64,000 nt of DNA from Mytilus edulis (Eukaryota): positions 94,054,001 through 94,118,000 of the forward strand of contig NC_092346.1 in the NCBI RefSeq assembly GCF_963676685.1. The letters run 5' to 3'. The translations under genes and the position numbers were made by a program. Of the stretch, positions 13,740 to 28,641 are shown piece by piece (the stretch's first letter is position 1; each line of letters starts with the position of its first letter). The notes beneath the pieces were generated by a model. It searched no databases, was not told the DNA's origin, and was given only the letters and a program-made list of their open reading frames with translations.

Positions 13740-14218
13740 CTAATCATAGATACAAAAGAAAGTTAAAAAGGCCATATGAAGTACGTACGACCTTGAAGAG
13801 CATTGAGAACCAAAAATTCCAAAATTTGTTGCCAAACACAGTTAAGGTAATCTATTCTTGAAGAAGAAACGCCTGATTATTTCAAAATTTCAAAAAAGTT
13901 TTGTAAACAATTAATTTTTAAATGTGACCATATCAATGATAACTCATGTCAACACAGAAGTGCTGACTACCTGGCTGGCGATACCCTCGGATATGAGTAA
14001 AAATTCCACCAGCAGGTGTATCGACCCAGTGGTTGTAAATAAACTCATCATATATACCAAGATTAAAATTTTGTATTAGCGCAAGACGCGCGTTTCGTTC
14101 CTTAAAAGGCTTATCAGTGACGATCGAAATCAAAAAAGTAAAAAAGCCTAAATATAGTACGAAGTTCAATAGCACTGAGGACTAAAAGTTTTGCCGAATA
14201 CATCTAGGGTAATCTATG
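13740..14218 (-). mobile_element. Retrozyme-like repeat, more than one monomer (~370-nt period), degenerate hammerhead
   Basis: GAAGAGCATTGAG at 13795 recurs as CAATAGCACTGAG at 14167; hammerhead remnant (CTGATAA...GAAACGCGCGTC) at ~14080-14122 on the minus strand. Confidence 0.7.
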
Positions 14219-14247
14219 TGTTTGTTATACATTTTCGAACCATATAA

Positions 14248-15452
14248 TTAGGTCTTTCCACTTTTCCGTGGAAAGACCTATTGCTTTTCTTCTGATTATT
14301 ATTATTTTTTTTTTCTTCCGCCAAATTTTTTTCCTTCGCTGTTTTTTTGTTTCGCAAGATGTCGCTTAGATATTTGGAATATGATATCGAACAGTTTATG
14401 CGCTTTTGAACCTGACCCTGTGAAACCAAATACTTTCCTATATAAGAGTTATCTCCCCGTACACTGTTTTTCTTGTTATCGCTTAATCTTCGCAACGGTA
14501 TAAGAAACCGACAAATTTATTTTACCAAATTGCTCGTTATCTCCTCAGGATGATTTGATTAATTTTGACCGAAGCTATCCGGATACTCCCTATGAGAGTT
14601 ATTTCCCCTTTTATATTTGATATAAGTGATATGCATTTTTAACTGGAAAACTTTAAGTGGTAGAGGCCTAGGGTCTTTTGATTTGAGGTCCTTGGTCCTA
14701 AAAAATGAAAATGAGGTCAAGGTCAAAGATCAAGGTCATGATTAAAATTTTGATTTTGGCTTGTTATCTCTTATTTTCAGAAATCATATAAGATATCAAC
14801 AAAATATTTTCACACAATTGTTAGTTACGACATGTCGTAACACATTAATTTTAGTCGAAAAGGGTACGTAGACATTTGACGCGAGTTTTCCCCCTTTTTA
14901 TATCTAATATCATACGTATGGTAATATAACTCATTAACAATATACAGTAGAGGACTAGAGTCTTTTGATTTGAGGTCCTTGGTTTATGACCTTGAAATTG
15001 AGCTCAAGGTCATATGATAATTAAACGTTCTAGATTTTGACCTTTGCTTTTACCTCATATGTACACATGATAAAGCCATGGGACTTTTTGCATTCAGTTG
15101 TAAGCAATGTGACCTTAAAAAACACAACCGGAAGTGACCTTTTGTAAACCGGAAGTAGCTATTTTTTGTACTAAATCAATGTAAAAGTATATGGAACCAT
15201 ATATTTTTGGAATCAGTGTCAAGTAAACTATCAAACAATACCGGAAGTAAACTTTTTAAACCGGAAGTAAAAGATTATCTCCCTTTTCTGTATATTTTTT
15301 TTATAGAAACCATATATTTTTGGAATAAGCGTTGAATAAGCTTTCATTTGACGCTAAAATTGACATTTAAAACCAAATTTTAATATTTTCATATATAAAA
15401 AGGTCTAAACTGGTGGAAAGACCATCAATGGTTCTCTGAACAATTGGTTTTT
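14248..15452 (+). mobile_element. Non-autonomous Helentron-associated (HINE/DINE-1-like) element
   Basis: Absent in the paralogs at 39990 and 61340. 5' hairpin TAGGTCTTTCCAC..GTGGAAAGACCTA, (TTA)n tract, internal ACCGGAAGT repeats, 3' subterminal GTGGAAAGACC plus a short stem-loop and T-run. Confidence 0.65.
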
Positions 15453-17055
15453 AATTATAATAGATGTTGTTTTTTTCTCATTTGCATATATAAACATCAT
15501 GAAAAACTGTTTGGTTGGGTCCATGTCGTTAAGTGTATGGTTTCCTACGTTGTGTTTTGTGTATTTTTGTTGTCTGTTTGTCTTTTTCTTTTTAAGCCAT
15601 GGCGTTGTTTGTTTATTTGAGATTGAAAGCCTTTATTTTACTCATACCACTATTATGTGTCAAAGAGAATTCCATGAAGTTGTTTAATGACTTCATATTT
15701 GTAAAAATGTATAGACGAAAGATACAAAAATGTATAGATGAAAGAAAAATGTCAACACATGTCGATAAACAAAAACCGATAAGACGTTTTATTTTTTGGC
15801 ATATAAGTTTTGAATATCTGCTTGGAATCGTCTTCCTGCTTAATTAATTTATCTTTCTACCTTCAGTCCATAGACTTGCCTACCCATTTTGAATTCACCT
15901 TGGTGCTCGCTACCTTTGTAATTATATTTCATTTCCTAACAATTTTGTATCAAACTATATCAAATTGTAAGTTTTTTAATCAATTGATAAATAAAGCATG
16001 TTTTTTTTATTTGTTTTCATGTTGACTTGTATTGATAAATGAACTCTAAATTGTGATAGATGTCATAAAACAATGTATGAGGCCAATGATTATTTACAAT
16101 TTCTATAAACATGTTTAAAAAAAGTCAATTGGAAAAAACGTAATAAATTATAATTGTCGAATATATGTGTTGCATTTTATCACAAAAAGACAACAGGTCA
16201 AAGCATTTTATAATACTATATAAAGAATAAAATCTACATCACAACATTCAATAAAAAGGACACTAAAACGGCCTTCTTTTGTGTTTCAGCTAGTACCATT
16301 TTCATTTTGTCTGGTCTTTTAACGTTCAAAATGGATCTAATTGCCAAACTGTACAGGTCTATCTATTCTCTTTCTTTAATAAATCAACTTTAACATTAAG
16401 TAAAAACATTAAATAAGTGGGAAAACGATCAATGTCTGCGTCATTATTTATAACTGGACGTGCTGTTCTTTTTGCCACTTTGATACAAATTATTCATCCA
16501 GACTGTTGACATACAAACTATTAAAAATACCTTTCTCTGTCTCGTTTTCTTTTTTAATGTTTTATACATGAATACAAAAGTACAGAATGCATAAAACAAC
16601 GCTATGATATACATGATGATTATTCATTCTCTACGGCTAACAACACATCTAATTGTCACCCGCATATGGAGTGTTTTACAGAAGGTTTAATATACGACAA
16701 CATAAGATTTACTCTTCTAGCGCAAATACATTTCAAAATTGACATTGTTCTAACTTATACAGTTATCCTTCAGACGGTTGTTATAAATAATCGACTGTAT
16801 TATTTACTGGACATATTGTATCATTTATATTGAATGATTTTTGTTGACCTTCAAAAGGTTCATAGACATACACGATTGTTTATAGAACATTCAATGATTA
16901 ATTGAGGTATGATACTTTCTTTTACAATTGACGTTTTTCCAAAGTAAACAAACCAGTGAGCTATTATGTTTAGATAGTCGTATATAAGGGATAGTTTTTG
17001 CATATTTTTGCGATCTCTCTTGTGTCGTCTTGTCTTCTTTATCTATTAGCGGCAA

Positions 17056-17690
17056 GTGCAAAAAGTAAAATCACACAAAAATACTGAACTCAGAGGAAAA
17101 TCAATTCGGAAAGTCCATAACCACATGGCAAAATCAAATAACAAAACGCATCAAAAACGAATGGACAACAACTGTCATATTCCTGACTTGGTACAGGCAT
17201 TTTCAAATGTAGAACATGGTGGATTGAACCTGGTTTTATAGCTAGCTAAACCTCTCACTTGTATGACAGTCACATCAAATTGCATTATATTGTCACCGAT
17301 GCGTGAACAAAACAAACAGACACAATAGGTAAAAATGTCAAAAATAGGGATACAGCAGTTAATATTGTGTTATCATCTTAATCTCTATAAAAACAACAAA
17401 TGTAACGAAGTAGCACAAAAAGGCATACATCCAATTAACATCCTCATTTTGATTATATTATACGATTTTATTTGTCTATGTAAAATGCAACCATCAAGGA
17501 AGGAGGGTTTTGAGTACTGGTGAAAAAATTGCGCGTTTGAAATTCGCACAGGTAGACATGAAATTATTTTGTCGTTCAAAGTATGACGTGTTGCATAAAT
17601 ACAGTCACGCAAAATAGATATAACAAAAACTGACTTGACAGTTAAAGTAATAAAAATAAATAAAATAATAGTGTGGTTCTTAGCTCCATG
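17056..17690 (+). repeat. Interspersed repeat family (AAAGTAAAATCACA...AAAGTCC...CTTGGTACAGGCATTTTC); related copies at ~40670, 41550, 62000 and 62800
   Basis: Dispersed similar copies in the window. Confidence 0.55.
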
Positions 17691-19177
17691 TTTTACCATG
17701 TTTTATATAAACTGGTTCCGTACTATTTATTTCTTAACTTTATGAAGAAGAACAAGTGTTTAGATTATCAAAAGTATAAATTATTATTAACTGGAATTAC
17801 GTCGTCAATTCTTTGACTCCTTTGTTTAGGTTACACAATTTTCATTCGCAAGGGTATAAGGGAAAGTAAGTAATTATTTCCTTTGGAAGAACACGAATTG
17901 TTAAATATATCGTAAATAAATATTCTTCATGAAACTGAGATCTGAATGATTGCTTGTTCGGACGTTGCTCTGTATATTAATGTAAGTAAGAAGTCATCTA
18001 GGACATAGTCTTGTATGTAATAACAGATATGCCACTTTGTCTACTAAAGAGGGACGAAAGATACCAAAGGGACAGTCAAACTCATAAATCTAAAACAAAC
18101 TGACAACGCCATGGCTAAAAATGAAAAGGGTAAACAAACAAGAGCACACACGACACAACATAGAAAACAAAAGAATAAACAACACGAACCCCACTAAAAA
18201 ACTAGGGGTGATCTCAGGTGCTCCGGAAGGGTAAGCAGATCCTGCTCCACATGTGGCACCCGTCGTGTTGCTTATGTGATAACAAATCCGGTAAATAGTC
18301 TAATTCGGTGATCACATTCATGAAAGAGAAGGGGATTGTAGTTACGACGTAAGGAACATATCCGATATCATTTGTGAAACGGTTATCATTTATACAAACA
18401 GCCCGGGGTTTTTAAATTCAGATAATCATTAAACTTTCAATGATACTAATACTAGTACTATCACTTGCACTATTTATCTTATTTAATCCAAAAAAAAAAA
18501 AAGATAAAATTATCGAATTACAAGGAAATTATACACAGAAATCCCTTAACAAATGGTGATATTAATATACCAAACTAATTAAACTAATACAAAACAACTT
18601 GGTACAAGTATTGTATTTCCTTATGAAGAAAATGGTGGACAAAACCTGGTTTTATATGTAGGTTAACCGCTCACTTGTGCAAAAGTCGCATAAACACCAT
18701 TATATTGACACAGATGCGTGAGCAAACCAAACAGTCATAATTCTCTAATTCAAAATATGGATAATTTCATGTCAATTAATTGGGTCTGTTATTCAGTTTC
18801 ACAGCATAAGACATACTAATTTGTGAACATTTCAAACCTGACCAAATCTATTCACCTACAAATTCATACGTCATTTTTTTTACATGAATTTTCATCCTTT
18901 TACTTACTATTTTTTACATGAAGTATATAAATGAGAAATACGAAATAAATTTCGAAGGTATATGAAAATGATTTGTATAAAATACACTGCCAACACACCA
19001 AATTTTGAAGGACAATAACTGGGTCCTTGGACCTCGTATAAAAAAACAAATCTATGTTATCAAAGAAAACAAATGGCATGAAGACACTCTATAGACAATG
19101 AGTCATTATGATCTGAACAGCTCTGTTAAAAACGACTGAACAATAATATTTTAAGTCCATATTGAAACTGTTCAATA

Positions 19178-19384
19178 CTGTAAATTCAGAAACTATTGTG
19201 TGCTTTTATTATTGCGATTTTGTCATTTAAGACTTAAATGCTATTTCAATTTTTACGACTTAAAGAAAAATCCTGTTTAATTCATATAAAATATTTGAAA
19301 ATGCGAGTTTAAAATTATTGCGATTACAACTCTGTCGCATTTTTCGCAATGATAAAAACCTCGCAATAATTTCTGAATTTACAA
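19178..19384. mobile_element. Tc1/mariner-type MITE (~205 bp)
   Basis: TIR CTGTAAATTCAGAAA / TTTCTGAATTTACAA flanked by TA on both sides. Confidence 0.65.
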
Positions 19385-22300
19385 TATCAGTTTCCTTAAA
19401 AGATCAACATCATACTGAAATATGCGAAAAGTACTGTTTTGGCTGCAATCGAATTATCTGCACTGTTCTGATTTGATTGCAAACAGACTATTCTGAACAA
19501 TACCGAAGTGAAAACACTAAAAATTTACTTACATGCTAAACATTTAAGATGATGTTAAGGTCATATGGACCGTTTATGACTGAAGACTATTGGCTCCTTT
19601 TAATATAAATAAAAAGAAGATGTGGTATGATTGCCAATGAGACAACTCTCCGCAAGAGACTAAAATGACACAGAAATTAACAACTATAGGTCAACGTACG
19701 GCTTTCAACAATGAGCAAAGCCCACACCGCATAGCTAGTTATAATTGGCTCTGAGATGACAACGTTAAACAATTCAAACGAGAAAACTAACGGCCTTATT
19801 TATGTACAAACATCAAACCCTTTTCTCAACAATGACTTTAACCGTTATTATTTTATTCTTTATTCAAAAAATGTATTTTACTTTTTAAAAGAAATAAAAA
19901 AATAGAAGATTACGCATAACTGTCACTGAAACAACTATTTATTAAAGTGCAAATAACGAAGATAATACAATTAGAAGTCATCGTACAGTTTGTTACAATG
20001 AAACCCATATCGTATAGTCAGTTATAAAAGTCTGATATAAAACAGGTAAAAATGAAAGTAAAACATCCCTGCGACTACAATGTAGGTACGCTTCTCGTAC
20101 CACAATATGCGTGAAGTTTATATCAAAGAAATCAGAAGAGTGACTACTTACAAAAATGTAAGACATTTGTAAGGTATCGCCGAAAGTTATAATATCGTAG
20201 AGACTGTTTCTGGCTGTATCTTCAAGCCTTATTTTCATATATGGTTCACACGAAAATTGAACTCTAAATTTGGCCAATAATTGTATAACGTTTCAGTTAA
20301 CAAATTATTTGAAAACGGTCCCATATATTCCAATAAAATACTTTTTTTCAAATATTTACTTAGGGTTCCGTTTTGTACACTACAAATTGATTTAGAAAAT
20401 GTCTGTTAGAGAATACTTACCCTCCTTTGTCGAGTGCGTTAACCTTAATGTGATTTTGTTTTAAAATTTATATAGTTGTATCATTCAACTCTCTCATCGG
20501 CTTTCAATTTTGCTTTTTACGTAAACTAGGCGACAATTAGCGCTAATCATGAAATAAATTGACAACAGTTTTAATCTCTGTTATGATTATAACGAATTAG
20601 TTTGTATTGGATTTATCTAATACTGAAATGGCACAGTTGTGCAAAATGTGTCTTGGACAATCGAAACTGATATATAATGAATATTTATGAAGAAGTATAA
20701 AATGTAAAAAATGTTTAAACAAAACCATTTTGAGAGGTGTAAATCTGTCATATGTGTGCTCTGAGTGAAAAACTCCGTAGGTTAGTGGCTGATTTGATAC
20801 CAGAATCAAGTCCATTAGAACACTTAAAGAAAAAAAACCACCATTTATTGAAAGAAAAAAACCCAGACTAGACACGTTTAGAAGTTGAAGACTAATAGCC
20901 GCAGATAAGATACTGAAGATTTAACATTTTACTAAAGTACTGCTGTTGTAAGATCCATAAGTAAAATTTATCGTCCAGGGTGTTTGATTTTGTCACCTTT
21001 TATGAACATTTGCGTTTTTTAATTGAGCTTGGACAAACCTTAAATGCCAGTGAATAGTTGACACCTGTTTGTATAGTTCATTTCCATGAAACAGTTAATA
21101 TTTTTAAAATGATACAATATTGTGTCGCATAAACAACACAAAATAGTAAGTAAAAAGACATAAAGTTTCAATAATTAAATAAGCACATGCCCAATATACA
21201 TGTATTTGATCTTGTAGATCGTATATTGTCAGTTTTTAGTGTTATTTTAACTCGTTTACTGACAATATAAAAATCATTGACGCTGAAGCGAGATGATGTT
21301 TCATTTATTTTGTCTGATACAGATAAACGACAAAGCCTGGGATTTGGAACAAGCTTGACATTGACATCTGTAACTATTCTAACCATATAAACAGATGAAC
21401 AAAGTTCAACACTAGTTAGTAGTTTTTAACATATAATAATCATGATCGAGTTTAAATTTCCGTGGCTTATAAAATCTACCTTGCATTGATATTTAATGTG
21501 TATGCAACTTTAAAAAAAACAGACATCGTCGCTATCTTTTCTCACAACTCAATTTCTTCGATAGACATTTTCAGATATTTTTTTACTGAAATTCCTTCTA
21601 AACATTAGAATAAAATAAAACTTATTAGACATATGGATAGTGATAAGCTTATGTATAAAGGTCAAGGCTTAACATTATGTTCGTAATCGAATTGGCCGCC
21701 TTTGGGGAAATCTATTATAGTAGCCAGGTGTGTACGTGGTGAGCTATCATCATAAAATATATTAGATTGGTCGAATCTTGGTATACATGTGATATACTTT
21801 ACCACATACATGTATTAAAATACAAATGAGATTTAATGTGAGGTTATATTTATATTATACCCCTACTTGTTTATAGCCTGAAATATTATCGCAGGTATAT
21901 TTTATTGACCTTCACCAATCAAATATTACAAATGAATATTAAACAAATATAGATATACCACAACAAACATATCATATTTTTTGTCTTGCATTGGATTTCG
22001 TTCGATATATATCTGATCTGTTTAATGCATGATTAAGCAACTCTTCAAAATTGAGAAAGAAAGATTTTAAAGGTCCAATCAAAAACAATAGCTCAAATAA
22101 AGAGAGACATGAGCAAAGCCAAAAGATAAGAAAGACAACCTCACTAACAACACTTACTAAAACACTTTACAATAACAGGATATCTAATGGGTCGGGAAAG
22201 CACATTTTGTTTCACTAATGGCACAGATAAAAAGTATCGTTTGAAAACATTTTTTTATTATCTATATTTTGTTAACTATCTTTTAAAGAAAGGTAAAACT

Positions 22301-22850
22301 TTAACAAAATAATAATCGAGTTCCACTAAATTACAGTTCATACATCGTGCATTTTAGTTCAAAACACTGACCGGCATCTATAAGCTGCCTGATTGGGATT
22401 AGTTTGTTTTACTTTTTCAAACATTAATCCAATTGCTCTGCTTCCTGAAAAATGTGTTAATCTATTAGAAAATATTTTAATCGCTTATTATTATTATTTT
22501 TTTTTTTTTTTTTTTTTTTTTTTATCTTTTATTTGTTTTTCAATAGTCAGGATTTTACAATACCCCTACAATCACCACCTGACTATGGTTTTTGGGGTAA
22601 ATATTGAAAGTTATATACAAGACTATCCATTTGGTTTTTTTAAATTATCTTCATAATACAAGAATATAGTTATTAAAGAAAAAAAAAGAATATAGCTGCT
22701 CACACTCACACTTTCTCTCACTACTTACACACAGTCGCTGCAATCTTACCATTAGTATGCATGCATGTCTATATATAAAGTAAAAATTCAAAATATTCAA
22801 AATACCACTGCTCACTATAGTATAATTTAAAGTATACATGATAATATAAA

Positions 22851-25800
22851 TCATGAAAAAATTGTATGTAGTGGGGACCAGAATCTTTCATAAGATGCTG
22901 CTCTATTATTTTTGTTTGCAATATAAAATTCATTAGATTGGTATTGTTTTATTCTGAATTTAAGTCCTATAAAACTAGGAGCTATATTTCTTAACTTACA
23001 TCTAAAGATGTAGTTTTTAGCTATAATTATTAACAAATTTATAAACAAACTCTTAGTAATAAATCCCAATAAAATTTCTGTCTTACTAATGCTGAAATGC
23101 TCATCAACTAATTTAATTTTCTGTAAAAATGACAACCAGAAATTGTATGTAATATTACAATCATAAAATAAATGTTCTATTGTTTCCTCTTCCTCATTAC
23201 AGAAGGTACATAGACTTGTTTCCTTTTGCTTAATTCTATATAAAAATGTATTAGTAGGTATAATTCTATGTAATATTTTATATTGAAAATTCTTTAAATA
23301 TGTATCCCTACAACATCTTTTTAAAAGAGAAAAATACTTAGACCATTCTGAGATTTCAGAATTTGTTACATTTCTCATATGGGAGTATGCATATTTTATC
23401 TACAAGATCTCTGTATACAAATTTTAACTTCTTATTTTCCAAGAAAATGCATCAAAAGGAACAAAGTTTTCTAAGTTCAAATCACAATAATCTTTGATGT
23501 ATTTTTTTTATATATTTTGGAATGTTAGATAATAAACTATAGTATCTCAAAAAAATTTCCAAATTAAGTTTTTGTCTTACTTGTTGGAATGTTAGTAGTG
23601 ATTTACTTTGACAATCTACAATGTCCCTTATAAACTGTATACCATATAACTTCCATTTCATATAAACAGGGTATTCAGATATTGGTATCAAGTTTAAAAT
23701 ATCCAATGACAAAATTTCTGGAGCACATAACTTTGTATAAGGCTTTGCCATGTGTAGACATTCAAATATGTCTTTCCAAAATGAATTTTTTAAGCGATTA
23801 GAAATTTCTTTAATCTTATCATTTTGTAATGTAAAGACTCTGTCACCACCTAACTGTTTTAGTTCTGCTAGTAATAAATTCTGCCAAGTACCATCTGAAT
23901 TTGATAAAAATCTCTTTACCCAAGATAATTTAAGATATGTACAGAAAGACTGCAAATGCACCATATTTAATCCTCCCTGTGAAAAATCTGCAATAAGAGT
24001 ACTACGCTTTACTCTATCAGTCTTACCATTCCAAATGAAATTAAAAAACATAGCACTCAGCTCATTTAATTGTGAGTGAGGTAAATTTGGGAGGGCAGTC
24101 AACAAATGAATCAGTCTCGGCAATGCCAGAGTCTTAATTACAGTAATTTTACCTAGTAATGTTAATTTTCTATGTTGCCAGCTTTTTAGTATAGCTGAAA
24201 CCTCTTTGATCTTTTTTCTAAAATTAATATCAAGAATACTTTTTAAATCAAGTGAAAAATCTATTCCTAAAAGTCTAAAGTTTGTGTGTGACCACATAAG
24301 ATTGTAATTAGGACACAATATTTGATCAGAATATTTTTTGTTACCAATCCAAACAGCTCTTGTCTTTGATTTGTTCATTTTCAATCCAGATAACATATAA
24401 AAAGAATCAAAACAATTGAGGCTTTCTTGTAGTGATGTCTCACTACCATCTAAAGTTAGAAAAGTATCATCTGCATACTGACTTAAAAGTGTTTGTTTTT
24501 CATTAATGAGAATACCGTGAATTTTGGGGTTTGACTTAAGTTTCAACGATAATAACTCTACACCAATAACAAACAAATAAGGGGAGAGCGTGTCACCTTG
24601 TCTGCAACCTCTCTCAAGATTGAAAAAATTTGACAAATTGCCATTGTTGATTACACAACTTTTAGCACTTTTGTAGAGAGTCTCGAACCATCTGCACATC
24701 GAAGGACCAAAATTAAAACTTTTTAATGCTTTTTGTAAAAATACCCAGTTAACAGAGTCAAATGCCTTTTCAAAATCAACTAATAAAAGTAAGGCGCTCA
24801 TGTTGTGATATTCAAGATAATGCATCAAATCATACAATAATCTAGTATTCTCCCCAATGAATCTCCCCTTGATAAATCCCTTTTGAGTGTCACTAATAAT
24901 AAATGGTAATACAGACTTAACTCTGTTTGCTATAGCTGCAGAAGCTATCTTTATGTCTGTATTTAATAGGCTGATAGGTCGCCAATTACCAATATATCGC
25001 TTATCTTTTCCTTCTTTTGTTATACAAGTTATGACACTTTGATATTGAAAATCTGAAAAAAGTCCAGATTCATATCCATAGAATAATGATCGATAAACAA
25101 ATGGTCCAAAATCTCTCCAAAAGAATTTGTAAAATTCGACAGTAAATCCATCGCTTCCTGGGGATTTCCCATTTTTCATCTTACTCAATGCTATAGCACA
25201 TTCCTCATATGTCAAGTTACCCTCACACAGGTCATGTTGTTCCTGTGTGAGAGTAACATCATGAGAAAAAAAGCTTTCACTTGAACAATCAATTTTTCTC
25301 TTTGAACACAAATTTTTATAAAAGTTATGTTGTTCTGAGAGAATCGTGGATTGGTCAGATGTATGATTACCCTGATCACCAATCATTTCAACCATTGTCT
25401 TCTTTATAAAATTTCTCTTTTCTAATTTTAAAAAGTATTAGGAACATTTTTCACCATTTTCATGCCAGTTTGCCCGGGACCGTAATAGTAAACCCTCTAT
25501 CTTCTGTTCTCTCATGGATTCTAACTCCACTTTTTTATCATTTAAATTGGTCTGTACAGCTTCAGTCGGGGCTGTATTCATAATTATATCTAAATTTTGT
25601 ATATCTTCTTCAAGTTTCAGAGTAGCTCTTTTTTCTTCTTTCGATTTAGATATACTGTGTGTAATGGATAAGGATCGGATTTTCATCTTCAGTACTTCAA
25701 GAAAAAATTTATCGTTACAAGAAAATTGTACATGAAATAGGTCATCTCTACTGTCTGAAAGATAGAACTCAGAAACAGTATCCTTTATACACATCTTTAC

Positions 25801-26599
25801 CTTTTCAACATATACAGTATCTCTCAACAACTGTGAATTAAACTTCCAATATCCCTTACCCCTTTTATCAAGACTGGCAGAAAATGTGAAAACAATGGCT
25901 GAGTGATCGGTTTTGTATCCAGGTATAATTTGCATTTTTCATAAGTGAAAATAAGTCTTCGCTCACTAAAAAATAATCTAATCGCCTCTGCTTGATAGGA
26001 GAGGTTTGACGCCAAGTAAATTTTTTGTCATCTGGATGACAGGTTCTCCATGGATCTAAAAGTTCAAAAGTTTGTGAAATTTCTTCAATCTTATTACGAG
26101 AGTTCAAATTTCTATTGTGCAGAATATTATAAGTGTCCATATGAAAATCTTGTACAACATTCCAGTCACCACACATTAAGATGCTAGTATTAGTATAGCA
26201 AGAGATGTTGTGTAAAATATCACTAAACAATGATGGTTCATCAGTATTAAATCCATAAACAGTGACAAAGGTTAGCCTTTGTTCATATAATGATAAGTCT
26301 AAAACAATAAAACGACCTTTCTGGTCTATCTTAGAATCATGAATCTTAAAATCTAGACCCTTGTTAAACATCACACTAACACCAGCACTTTTATTGTTGC
26401 AGTGACTGAAAATGCATGTATTACCCCATTCATCTTGCCAAAGTTTCTCGATATCCTCATTACTGTGAGTCTCTTGAAAACAAACAATAGATGCATGTTT
26501 ACCTCTTACCCAATTAAAAATATCTAATCTTTTTTTCTTGCTTGAAAATATGCCCCTTACATTCATAGATAAAACTGTAATATTATTATCAATACTCAT
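22851..26599 (-). pseudogene. LINE ORF2 (APE endonuclease, reverse transcriptase, zf-RVT) broken by ~3 frameshifts
   Basis: SMNVRG/FQETH/GDWN/RLDYF endonuclease (25868-26599); GYWKFN (25438-25935); KSPGSDG, WRPISLLN, DFEKAFDSV, RQGD, QYADD RT (23482-25395); CTFC...ETIEHLFYDC (22851-23378). Confidence 0.9.
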
Positions 26600-27212
26600 T
26601 AAGTAATATGTTCAATCAGACAATAGAAAAGCAAAGCAGTACAATACTTAAAATAAAAATGCATACCCATACTAACTTCACATTTATACATCACAAATAT
26701 ACACAAAAGATGGCGCTTGAAACAATATTTAATATACATCAGATACTTTTTACAGATTGGCTTCATATGATAAATAGCATATATTTTTTTATTCTGATAG
26801 TTTGGTGTTAAATGCTTTATTTTCTTTTTAAATTAACAGAAATGAGAACCTAGTATAATATTTTCTTTTTTCAATATTTATATAAATTTTTAGTGTGTTG
26901 AGAACGATTTTATGATAAAAATAAAAAAAAAGTTTTTGAAAATGGAGAATTAGTATAATTATATAGTTAAAAATGTTTTATTCAACTCTAAGCAAATCTT
27001 TGAACATATTTTCCTTAGAAAGTTATGAGGGAAAATTTCTTATAGTATATATAATATATAATAAAACATTCTAGTAATATAGAGTTACCTCCCATTAATC
27101 AAGAAAGCTTTTCCACTATTGATAATTAGAGTTACCTCCCATTTATGAACAAACAAAGAAGCAAAAAATTACCACAATTAATAAGATAGAAAATATTTAC
27201 ATACTTGAAAGT

Positions 27213-27696
27213 TTATATGCTTGAAAGTTTTTTTTTAATTTTCTCATCTATATTGTCATAAAGATCAAATTTGATTCTGTACACACTATCCTTCAATTTA
27301 TCATATACACTACAGTTGTAGAACCAGGCATTATTTAGCATCACATTTGTATTTAGTCTAGCTAATAGTCCAAGATTTCTTTGGGTTATATCGTCATGAA
27401 ATTTAATGTCATTCTTCAACCCCTTCTTATTTCTCATTATCTTGATTTTAATTTCTGTGTTACGGACCTTTGCTATCACAGGTTTGATGTTACCTTCTTT
27501 TCCTGGGATTCGATGTATTGCTATGACATCTGATGGTTCTATCTCAACATTTAAGTCTTTCTTCACCATTTTCACGAAAACATCTCGTAAGTTCTCATTT
27601 CTCTTTTCTGGAAAATTCACCATTCTTATATTATGTTTCCTGGAGTACTGTTCATTATAGTTTGCAGATTTAAGTGCATCTATGGACCTATGGTTG
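27213..27696 (-). pseudogene. LINE ORF1 C-terminal remnant (L1-type RNA-binding)
   Basis: EQYSRKHNIR...AIHRIPGK...FHDDIT motifs typical of L1/Tx1 ORF1p; cut off at the LTR. Confidence 0.75.
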
Positions 27697-27909
27697 TGAA
27701 GTGTTTGTGTGGGCTTGCTAATAACTTACCAACAATAACTGTCAGATTAGCGTAGCTTCTATAATATCTAGATTTCTTGTAGGAGCTGTGTAACACACCT
27801 CAGACATAGACCATGGGTTAGAACAGGAAGCCCCGAATTGCACGATCTCACTTCCGGCTAAGTATATATATTTCTCCTGAGAGTAGGAGCACCTCTGAGA
27901 TTCACTACA
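27697..27909 (-). repeat. 3' LTR (213 bp)
   Basis: Matches 37926-38142 apart from a few substitutions and one 4-bp indel. Confidence 0.95.
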
Positions 27910-27918
27910 CTCCTCCCT
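27910..27918 (-). other. Polypurine tract
   Basis: AGGGAGGAG immediately before the 3' LTR on the element strand. Confidence 0.8.
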
Positions 27919-28133
27919 GTCATCTTCTTTTTGTTGATCATTCTAGGGATTGTGAAGGCAATTGCAGTAATGTTCCTATCCGCAGAATTTTCATTTTTAT
28001 CCATGTCTTGATATACATAACACGTTATTGCGAATTTCCAAATATTAAAAATATAATTCAATGTTATTAAATGTTAATGACTTGTCGGAATGACAGGTGT
28101 GGTTGTGAACGTTCCTTCACCATTCCGATCTCC

Positions 28134-28490
28134 TTCCTTACACAAAACTTTAGGTGAACAGCACAGCTGTCGCACACTAGAATTCTGCATAACATAAATT
28201 ACTCCGATTCTTGATGATCCTATTCTTACACAAAATCCTAGATGGACAGCACAGCTGTCACACACTAGAATTCCGCATAACATAAATTACTCCTGATTCT
28301 TTATCCTCCTATCCTTACACAAAATCCTAGATGGACAGCACAGCTGTCACACACTAGAATTCCGCATAACATAAATTACTCCTGATTCTTTATCCTCCTA
28401 TCCTTACACAAAATCCTAGATGGACAGCACAGCTGTCACACACTAGAAATCCGCATAACATAAATTACTCCTGATTCTTCATCCTCCTAT
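28134..28490. repeat. Tandem array of ~4 x 89 bp in the Gypsy 3' UTR
   Basis: GACAGCACAGCTGTC recurs at 28245, 28334 and 28423 (variant at 28158). Confidence 0.9.
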
Positions 28491-28641
28491 CTCATTCCTT
28501 CCACCAAGGAATTTAATTACATATATACATATAAATGTCCATCATTTAAACATTCTTTAAATCCTTTTAAAGAAGTAATATTACTATAGGTCCACATAAA
28601 AAATATGTACATATATATAAGAAGTCACAAGTATTTATATC

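Larger units (their letters stand above)
22493..27696 (-). mobile_element. 5'-truncated Tx1/L1-clade LINE (continues to ~38147 across the Gypsy insertion)
   Basis: Poly(A) tail (T-run ~22493-22523), 14-bp TSD AATCGCTTATTATT at 22479-22492 and 38148-38161, ORF1 remnant plus EN-RT-zf ORF2. Confidence 0.9.

Noticed and set aside
14080-14122. Functional hammerheads at ~14100, ~39840 and ~61190
   Set aside because: Core G8 is mutated (CTGATAA/CTGATTA) and stems are disrupted; listed only as decayed repeats
15499-21386. Numerous short 60-105 aa ORFs (and similar ones at 38241-43094, 49298-52546, 61423-63023)
   Set aside because: No recognisable motifs, low-complexity AT-rich composition, frames not preserved between duplicated copies
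28134-28490. CRISPR-like array next to a nuclease gene
   Set aside because: Inter-motif sequences are near-identical (plain tandem repeat, no unique spacers), no cas genes, eukaryotic context
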